From an uncultured delta proteobacterium (GTDB taxonomy: Bacteria > Desulfobacterota > RBG-13-43-22), in contig CAVUPH010000017.1 in assembly GCA_963743305.1 (NCBI GenBank), positions 32,001-96,000 on the forward strand: 64,000 nt of DNA, read 5' to 3'. The first letter of the stretch is position 1, and each line of letters opens with the position of its first letter. The translations under genes and the position numbers were made by a program. Under the pieces are notes generated by a model, which worked only from the letters and a program-made list of their open reading frames with translations, was not told where the DNA came from and did not search any database. This document shows positions 56,446 through 64,000 of the stretch, piece after piece.

Positions 56446-57101
56446 TGAAACGCGTTCTTGTGCTTGTGGAAGGACAAACCGAGGAACGTTTTATAAAAGA
56501 CGTGGTAGGGCCTCACCTTGAAGCAAAGGACATATACGCCATCCCAAAAGTCGTGACGACCAAACGAGTTAAGCAAGGGCCTGATTTCAAGGGCGGCATT
56601 ACCGATTATCAGAAGGTCGAAAACGATTTGAAACGGCTTCTTGGGGATTCAGATGCGGCTCTTATCACCACCTTTATAGACTATTATGGTCTTCCCCTGG
56701 AATTCCCAGGTATGGCTACCCGTCCGATAGCCTCCCCGCTAGAGAGGGCAAAACATGTGGAGATTGAATGGAAACGTCGGATAGACCACCCTCGTTTTCT
56801 ATCCTATTTAATGACCCACGAATTTGAAGCTCTTTTATTCTCCAAACCAGAAGAACTGAGTAGAGCGCTTTATCAATCGGATTTGGGGCCAAAACTCAAA
56901 ACCATCAGAGATTCATTTCCAACTCCTGAAGAAATTGACGATGATCCATTGACTGCTCCCTCGAAAAGAATATTGCGCCTCCTCCCGGCATACCAGAAGA
57001 CCGTTCATGGTCCGCTGGTAACCAGACGCATAGGTTTGGAAACCTTGCGTCGCGAATGTAGGCATTTCAATGACTGGCTTTTAAAGCTTGAAAGTATTTA
57101 G
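56445..57101 (+). CDS. DUF4276 family protein (TOPRIM-like partner of the ATPase)
   Basis: VLVEGQTEERF, TTFIDYYGLP, HEFEALLFS, PEEIDD...PSKRI, YQKTVHG, CRHF. Confidence 0.88.
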   Translation: MKRVLVLVEGQTEERFIKDVVGPHLEAKDIYAIPKVVTTKRVKQGPDFKGGITDYQKVENDLKRLLGDSDAALITTFIDYYGLPLEFPGMATRPIASPLERAKHVEIEWKRRIDHPRFLSYLMTHEFEALLFSKPEELSRALYQSDLGPKLKTIRDSFPTPEEIDDDPLTAPSKRILRLLPAYQKTVHGPLVTRRIGLETLRRECRHFNDWLLKLESI

Positions 57102-57116
57102 GATCAATAGGCTTAG

Positions 57117-60100
57117 ATGATCACCGACATCAACAGCGAAGACCGCCTGGTCCAGCAGACGTTTGCCGAGCATCTGCACGATAAACTCGGCTGGGACAGC
57201 GTCTATGCCTGGAACCAGGAAACCTTCGGACCGAACGGCACCTTGGGGCGGACCAGTGAGCGCGAAGCGATCCTGATGCGTGATCTGCGAAGGGCGGTGG
57301 CCGACCTCAATCAGGAATTGCCGGAAACGGCCCGGGATCAGGCGATAGAAAAACTTACCCGGGTGGACTATTCCCGATCACTGTTGCAGCATAACCGGGA
57401 ATTCTATGGTTTCCTCCGAAATGGCGTTCCGGTGGATTGGCGCGATACCCAAGGGGAGACGAAGCACGCCCGGGTGCAGGTCATCGATTTCCGGAATGCG
57501 GCCAATAATCGGTTTCTCGCGGTTCGGGAACTGAAATTCCAGGGAATGCGGGTCCCCCACTATAATGTCCGGGCGGACCTGGTCTGCTTTGTCAATGGCT
57601 TGCCGCTGGTTTTCATTGAACTGAAGGCAGTTTACAGGAACATCCGGCAGGGGTTCGATAATAATCTTACCTGGTACCTCGACCCGAACGTCGTTCCCCA
57701 GGCCTTTCATCACAACGTCTTTCTTATCGTCAGCAACGGCGACCGGGCCCGTTACGGATCTATCACCAGCCGCTGGGAGCACTTTGTCGAGTGGAAGCGC
57801 AATTCAGAAAAGGAAAAAGGCCGCCTGGAGGCCGAGGCCCTGCTGGAAGGGATGCTCGCCAAGGAAAATTTGCTCGATATCATTGAGAATTTTATTCTGT
57901 TTGACGACAGCCGGCCCGGCGGAACCCGTAAGATTATCGCCAGGAACCATCAGGTGCTGGGGGTGAATAACGCCGTCGCCTCGGTTCAGCGGCAGGAAGA
58001 ACTTAAGGTGGAGTTTCCAATGGACCGAAGGCTTCTTTCTTATACTTATACCGTTCCTGTATCCGAGATAAAAATCGCCGCGCGAAGAAGGTAAAGGAGA
58101 TGGGGCTCCGTATTGATCCTCAAAGACAGAAACCTGGAGGAACTACCCCTGGTGAAGCGGGCGCATCCGGACCTTGGCCGGTTGGGGGTTTTCTGGCATA
58201 CCCAGGGCAGCGGCAAATCCTATTCCATGGTATTCTTTACCGAGAAAGTCCGGCGGGTGGTACCGGGGAACTTCACCTTTGTCATCATGACCGACCGGGA
58301 TGATCTGGATGATCAGATCTGGAGGACCTTTATCGGTTGCGGGGCGGCGGATGAGAAGAATCCGCGAGCCAAGTCCGGTGACGACCTCAAAACACTCCTT
58401 TCTGAAAACCACCGGTTTATTTTCAGCCTGATCCACAAGTTCAACCAGGAGGTGACCGAACCCTATAGCGACCGGGACGACATCATCGTCATCTCGGACG
58501 AAGCCCACCGGACCCAGGCCGGGAAGTTTGCCCGCCATATGCGACTGGCGTTGCCGAACGCCTCTTTCATCGGCTTTACCGGCACCCCGCTGTTCAAACA
58601 CGACCATCTGACCAAGCGAATATTCGGAGGGTATGTCTCGCGCTACGACTTCAAACGTTCTGAGGAGGACCATTCCACGGTCAGGCTGGTCTACGAAAAT
58701 CGGGGAGAGAAGCTGGGTATTGCCCGGCTCGACCTGAACGATCGAATCGCTTCGAAGATTGAGGAGGCGGAACTGGATCCGGATCAGGCCGCGTTGTTGG
58801 ATAAATTGCTGGGCCAGGATTATGAGGTCATAACGGCCGATGATCGACTGGACAAGCTGGCTGAGGATTTTGTCGAGCATTGCTCCACCCGGTGGGAATC
58901 CGGCAAATCGATGCTGGTTTGTATTGACAAGATCACCTGCGGCCGGATGTATCAAAGGATCAAGCCCCGCTGGGAGGCCAAACTGGCGGTTCTTAAAACC
59001 GTTATCCGGGAAAAGGAAGCGGAATTAGCCAATAGTTCGGACCCGGACGAAATACAGCGGATAGACCGGGATCTTGAAAAACTGCGGGGACAAGTGGGTT
59101 GGATGGGGACCACCATCATCGAGTTCATCATCAGCGAAGCGCAACACGAAGTACGCGATTTTAAAAAGTGGGGGATCGATATCATTCCTCATCGGGAGGT
59201 TATAAAGACAGGTTTCCAAACGCCGGACGGTAAGCGGGTGGCCGTGGATGATGCCTTTAAAGACCCGGAGCATCCTTTTCGAATCGCCATTGTCTGTGCC
59301 ATGTGGCTGACCGGCTTTGACGTGGAATGTCTGTCCACCCTTTATATCGACAAACCCATGAAGGCCCACACCCTGATGCAGGCCATCGCCCGGGCCAACC
59401 GGGTGTATCCGGGGAAGGACTGCGGCGTGATCGTCGATTACAGCGGGATGCTCAAAAGTCTGCGGGAGGCCTTGGCCCAGTATGCCTTGGGAGACGATGA
59501 GCAGGAAGAAACAGGAGGTGAACTGGTTGCCCCGATTGAAGAACTGGTAGTGGCCCTGGTTCAGACGCTGGAGTCGGCGGAAAATCATCTCCGGTCACTA
59601 GGGTTTGAACCGAGCAAGGCTGAAAGGGGCCAAGGGATTTGACCGGATTCAGGCTCTACGCGACGCCGTCGAGGCCCTTTATTCATCGGACGAAGCCAAG
59701 CGCCGGTTTGAAATTATGGCCCGACAGGTCTTTATTCGATTTAAGGCGCTGCTGATGGAACCCAGTGCCTTTGCTTATATCGAACGACACGACAATATTG
59801 AAACGATTTACAAGAAACTGGAAGAGAAAAGAGATACGGCCGATGTGACCGAGGTTTTAAAAGAACTGCATCGGATCGTCAACGAAGCCATCCGGGCCCA
59901 GGAACCGGGGGATGATCATGCCGAAGGGCTTACCGTGGACCTGAGCCGGATCGATTTCGTCAAGTTGCGTGACGAGTTCGCCAAAAAAATAAAACGAAAG
60001 CATACCGCCTTGCAGGACATCCGGGAGATCGTGGAAAAGAAGCTCCAGCAGATGTTGGCCCGAAATCCGCAGCGAATGGACTATTACAAAAAATATCAGG

Positions 60101-60538
60101 AGATTATCGCTGACTACAACCGAGAAAAGGACCGGGTGACCGTAGAGGAGACCTTTGCCAGGCTTTTTGATCTGGCCAACAATCTGGACGCCGAACAAAA
60201 GCGGGCGGTGCAGGAAGGATTGAGTGAGGATGAGTTGGCGCTTGTTCGATCTGCTTTTTAGAGATAATATCAGCAAAGCCAGACCGGGAAAAGCTCAAAC
60301 AGGCCAGCCGGACTCTCCTGGCTTCGCTCCAGGAATTGATCAAGCCTATGCCGACCTGGACGCAAAACTCCCAGACCCAAGCGGAGGTCAAGGTCTGGTC
60401 CTCGATACCCTTTGGGAAAAACTGCCGCGGCCGCCCTTTACCGAAGAAGATGCGGAAACACTTGCAGAGCGGGTTTATGACTTTGTCTGGCAGCAGAGTG
60501 CCGGGGGTCGGTTCTTGGAAAATATGAGGGCGGCCTGA
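57117..60538 (+). pseudogene. hsdR: Type I R-M restriction subunit HsdR, broken by several frameshifts (pseudogene or assembly errors)
   Basis: DLVCFVNGLPLVFIELK nuclease motif, WHTQGSGKS, DEAHR, GFTGTP, MWLTGFD, LMQAIARANR; breaks near 58085-58110, 59612, 60241, 60281 and 60397. Confidence 0.9.
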
Positions 60539-60618
60539 TCTAAACCCTGTTAGCCTTATTGGCCAATGGGTTTGAAACCGAAAATCATAGAAATGGGGTA
60601 GGTAAATGGCAACCGAGG

Positions 60619-60774
60619 CTAAGGATCTGTAAACAAATAACCTTGACAAAGCGGCCCGACAACCGTTCACCCTGAGCTTGTCGAAGGGTGAAGGATACGG
60701 CCATGCTTCGACAGGCTCAGCATGAACGGAGATATCAGCGGTATTGTACAGCTTATTTTTTGACGGGTTCTAAG
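60619..60774. mobile_element. MITE-like element family B, second copy
   Basis: CTAAG-GATCTGTAAACAAATAA...TTATTTTTTGACGGGTT-CTAAG; reverse complement of 3103-3272, lacking a short internal insert. Confidence 0.8.
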
Positions 60775-60831
60775 TTAAAAGAGTTGGAAAAAATTGCCGA
60801 AGAAATGAACGCTATTGACCGGACCAAGCTT

Positions 60832-60953
60832 CTGGGCAACCCGGTGGTCTTTATCGGCCCTAATAATTCAGGGAAGACCTCGGCCTTGCAGGCCCTGGCG
60901 CTCTGGGAGATCGGCCTTAAGAAATGGAATGAAAAACGTGAAGGCAAGTCGGC
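60832..60953 (+). pseudogene. Duplicated fragment of the 5' part of the downstream ATPase (61633-61753)
   Basis: Encodes LGNPVVFIGPNNSGKTSALQALALWEIGLKKWNEKREGKSA, with mostly synonymous differences from the downstream copy. Confidence 0.85.
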
Positions 60954-60985
60954 GAAGCGTGCTCCAAAAGAGGGAGGGTATTTAA

Positions 60986-61300
60986 TTGGTCAATGAAGAA
61001 CTGCTAAAGATTGTCGTAAAGCGATTGGCTGATAATTTCCACCCCCAAAAAATAATCCTTTTTGGTTCCCAAGCCAAAGGAACGGCGGATGACCGCAGCG
61101 ATGTTGACCTTCTGGTCATCTGTCCGATCAAAGGGTCCCGAAGGGGGAAAATGGTGGCTATGGATCGTTCCCTGCGGGGGTTGGGGTTGGCCAGGGATAT
61201 CGTTCTTCTTACGCCGGAAGAGTATGAGCGGGACCGCTTTATACCGGGGACCATCGCCCGACCGGCCTCGCAAGAGGGGAGGGTTCTATATGAATCCTAG
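60986..61300 (+). CDS. Minimal nucleotidyltransferase (MNT) antitoxin
   Basis: KIILFGSQAKG...SDVDLLVI motif, EGRVLYE end. Confidence 0.92.
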   Translation: MVNEELLKIVVKRLADNFHPQKIILFGSQAKGTADDRSDVDLLVICPIKGSRRGKMVAMDRSLRGLGLARDIVLLTPEEYERDRFIPGTIARPASQEGRVLYES

Positions 61301-61540
61301 TGATGTTGAAATCCGCATACATATAATATTTCCAGGCTCTTGGAACTCTGCGCCGAAAAAGCAGATTGGCCGGGAACGGTTTTGGAAGCGGAGGAATTGA
61401 CCCCTTACGCCATAACCACCCGCTATCCTGGAGAGGATGAAAGGGTTACGAAACAGGAGGCCTTGAGGGCGATTTATATTTCCGAAAAGGTTCGAAAAAT
61501 AATTAGAAAAGTTTTAAGAAAGGATGGATTAAATTATTAA
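61290..61540 (+). pseudogene. HEPN toxin remnant (N-terminal part deleted, out of frame)
   Basis: PHTYNISRLLELC...LTPYAITTRYPG C-terminal HEPN pattern; ATG 61290 is in another frame and no QQAAEK-type segment is present. Confidence 0.75.
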
Positions 61541-61575
61541 AATGCGTTCTTCCATATTTATTTAGAGGGTTTTTT

Positions 61576-63317
61576 ATGCTTACCAAATTAACCATCCATA
61601 ATTTTAAGCGGTTTGGCGCGGTGGAGATCGAGCTGGGAAATCCGGTGGTCTTTATCGGCCCCAACAATTCGGGAAGACCTCGGCCTTGCAGGCCCTGGCT
61701 CTTTGGGAGATCGGTCTTAAAAAATGGAATGAAAAACGCAAAGGCAAATCGGCTCCGGAAAAGCGGCCGGGGGTGACCATCAACCGGAAAGACCTGGTCT
61801 CCATCCCCGTTCCGGATGCCAACTTGTTGTGGCGGGATCTGCACGTTCGGGATGTTCAGAAAAGTGAAGGGAAGCCGCAGACAAAAAATATCCGGATCGA
61901 GATTGTCGTGGAGGGTATCACTAACGATAAATCCTGGGTCTGTGGGTTGGAATTTGACTATGCCAACGAGGAGTCTTTTTACTGCCGCCCGCTCCGGTCA
62001 GGCGAATCGGAGGGCGAGCCGGGCCGCATGGTTATTCCGGACGAAGCCGAGTTGGTGCAAACGGCCTTTCTGCCCCCCATGTCCGGTTTGGCGGCCAATG
62101 AAACCCGTCTGGATGACGGGGCCATTAATGTCCGGGTCGGGGAAGGAAGGACAGCCGAGGTTCTGCGGAACCTTTGCCAAAAAGTTTTTGAGCGTCAGAA
62201 CGGTTGCTGGGACAGGATGGTCGGGCAAATCCAGTCACTTTTCGGAGCGGACTTGGATGTCCCCCAATATATTCCCGAACGCGGGGAAATCAAACTAAGC
62301 TACAAAGAAAATGGAAGATCCTACGACTTGTCCTCTTCCGGCAGAGGGTTGCAGCAGACCCTTCTGCTTCTGTCTTATATGTATGCCAACCGGGGGGCCG
62401 TTTTATTACTGGATGAACCCGACGCCCATCTGGAAATCCTCCGCCAGCGGCAGATTTACCAACTGCTGATCGATGTGGCCCGGGAAAACGACAACCAGAT
62501 AATCGCCGCCAGCCATTCCGAGGTGCTGCTTAATGAGGCCGCTGAGAGAGACGTGGTGGTGGCCTTTGTGGGAACCCCTCACCGGATGGATGACCGGGGC
62601 AGTCAGGTTCTGAAGGCCCTGAGGGAAATTGGGTTCGAGCATTATTATCAGGCGGAACAAACCGGATGGGTCCTTTATCTGGAAGGCTCTACGGACCTGG
62701 CCATTCTCAGGGCTTTGGCGGAAAAAATCGGCCATGAGGACGCGATTCGAGTGCTGAACAAACCATTTGTCCACTATATCCGAAATCAGCCGCAGGAAGT
62801 CTTAAGGCATTTTCACGGCTTAAGGGAAGCCACCCCAAAGTTAATGGGTGTGGCCATTTTTGACCGGCTGGAGCAGGAAATTCCCGCTATTAATGGAGTA
62901 GAGTGCCTGGAGTGGCGGCGAAGAGAGATCGAAAATTACTTGTGCTACATAGAAACACTTTTTGAATATGCCAAGGCCACGAGCCAAGTCGATTCCATCG
63001 GCCCCCTTTTTGCCGCCGGGGAAGCCTCCCGCCGAATGAAGGCGATGGAAGAGGCCATAGAGGAAGTCACCCGGGCCATGGAGACCTTTGGCAAAGGTTC
63101 CCCTTGGGACGTTAATACCAAGGTCAGCGACGATTTTCTGGATCCCCTGTTCAGGTCCTATTTTAGGAGACTGGGGCTCTATAATGTAATGGCCAAGAAA
63201 AATTTCCATGAACTGGCTTACTTTGTCCCGGAAGATAAGATTGACCCGGAAGTGAAAGAGAAACTGGATGCCTTAGTCAAAGTGGCCAATTCAGCCAAGC
63301 CGTTTGAAAACCAATAG
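61576..63317 (+). CDS. ABC-like ATPase fused to a TOPRIM-like C-terminal domain (OLD/PARIS-like architecture); 1-bp deletion in Walker A near 61672
   Basis: IHNFKRF, IGPNNSG(KT), SSGRGLQQ, LLLDEPDAHL, ASHS; C-terminal LYLEGSTD...IFDR...REIENY. Confidence 0.82.
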
Positions 63318-63329
63318 AAAATATCTATT

Positions 63330-63484
63330 GATAACCTCGCAAAAAATCAAAAAACGACTTTCTGCTCGGCGGGGGATGGCTTCCCCTCCCCCGCCATTTG
63401 AAATGAATTCAAATGGTGCCACCCCTACCCCAGCCCGGCGCTTAATCTCGCCCGGGCTGTTGACGGACTTTTTGCGAGTCCGTC
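63330..63484. mobile_element. MITE family A copy with 6-bp duplication TCTATT
   Basis: GATAACCTCGCAAAAAATC...GACTTTTTGCGAGTCCGTC; TCTATT at 63324-63329 and 63485-63490; near-identical to 23075-23228. Confidence 0.88.
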
Positions 63485-63504
63485 TCTATTGACTGTTTGT
63501 GTGG

Positions 63505-64000
63505 ATGGAAAATACTGAGGATTTCAAAAAGCAACTGGATAAGGCCCTGAATGAGTGCGCTCGCCTGAAGGCTGAAAATGACCGGTTGCGCCGGAGGCTC
63601 GGTGGTATCCCGGAAGGGGAACATTTGACTCCTGAAAAGACCCTTGCAGAACCCAACCTTCCTTTCACGCCAGCGGCCTTTAAGATTACCAATGATTCTC
63701 CTCCGAAAGAAAAAATAGGCCTCTTTAAAAGTCTTTTCCGCGGCCGGGAAGATGTTTATCCGGTTCGCTGGGAGCGGAAGGATGGCCGGTCCGGGTATTC
63801 TCCGGCTTGCGTTCTCGAATGGAAAAGGCCCCTGTGCGGGAAACCGCTGGTAAAATGCGGGGACTGCCGCCATCGAAAATTCTTGCCGGTTACTGAGGAA
63901 GTCCTCCACCACCATCTTATTGGGAAGCACACCATCGGGGTGTACCCCCTGCTTCCGGATGAAACCTGCTGGTTTCTGGCTGTCGATTTCGACCGGAAGA
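63505..64000 (+). CDS. N-terminus of a TOTE-conflict-type archaeo-eukaryotic primase domain protein (usually fused to an SF2 helicase); runs off the right edge
   Basis: Manual translation: MENTEDF...KIGLFKSLFRGREDVYPVRW...SGYSPAC...C...CGDC...HLIGKHTIGVYPLLPDETCWFLAVDFD. Confidence 0.8.
   Translation, partial: MENTEDFKKQLDKALNECARLKAENDRLRRRLGGIPEGEHLTPEKTLAEPNLPFTPAAFKITNDSPPKEKIGLFKSLFRGREDVYPVRWERKDGRSGYSPACVLEWKRPLCGKPLVKCGDCRHRKFLPVTEEVLHHHLIGKHTIGVYPLLPDETCWFLAVDFDRK

Noticed and set aside
60688-60996. 102-aa ORF with a Walker A motif
   Set aside because: Chimera of MITE sequence and the duplicated ATPase fragment
1-64000. CRISPR array, tRNA/rRNA, integron attC array, integrase or transposase
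   Set aside because: No regularly spaced repeat-spacer units, RNA gene signatures or recombinase motifs found by eye; the repeats are dispersed MITE/REP types

Overview
GC-rich bacterial chromosomal segment. Gene content suggests an anaerobic deltaproteobacterium (Desulfobacterota-like); this is inference only. Left to right: (1) a GntR-linked xanthine-dehydrogenase-family molybdoenzyme operon running off the left edge; (2) a chemoreceptor with a sigma28-type promoter; (3) an amidase/cysteine hydrolase/Zn-alcohol dehydrogenase operon; (4) a Cys-rich protein plus an orphan SdhA/NadB-family flavoprotein; (5) ychF and a rearranged type II secretion cluster (gspG, gspD, gspC-like, M, L, K, J, I, H, F, E); (6) acyl-CoA dehydrogenase, YtxH, DUF948 and HAD genes, an AT-richer radical SAM gene and a Ser/Thr kinase-phosphoesterase module; (7) a tightly coupled ~15 kb operon (33.6-48.5 kb). 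This operon interleaves a sigma-less partner-switching circuit (orphan NMT1/THI5-type binding protein, Cache-HAMP-PP2C, STAS, RsbW-like kinase, degenerate HATPase-GNAT fusion) with three acetyltransferase-fold proteins, a HisC-like aminotransferase, a second Mo-hydroxylase and an MFS transporter, and is the best candidate for an undescribed system; (8) a defence island from ~49.7 kb to the right edge (VapBC, type I R-M with embedded YhcG and AAA-ATPase/DUF4276, MNT plus HEPN remnant, ATPase-TOPRIM-like fusion, primase-like ORF), with many frameshifts. Several families of non-autonomous MITE/REP-like repeats are present. I found no rRNA, tRNA, CRISPR array, integrase or transposase. All family calls come from reading motifs by eye, not from database searches.
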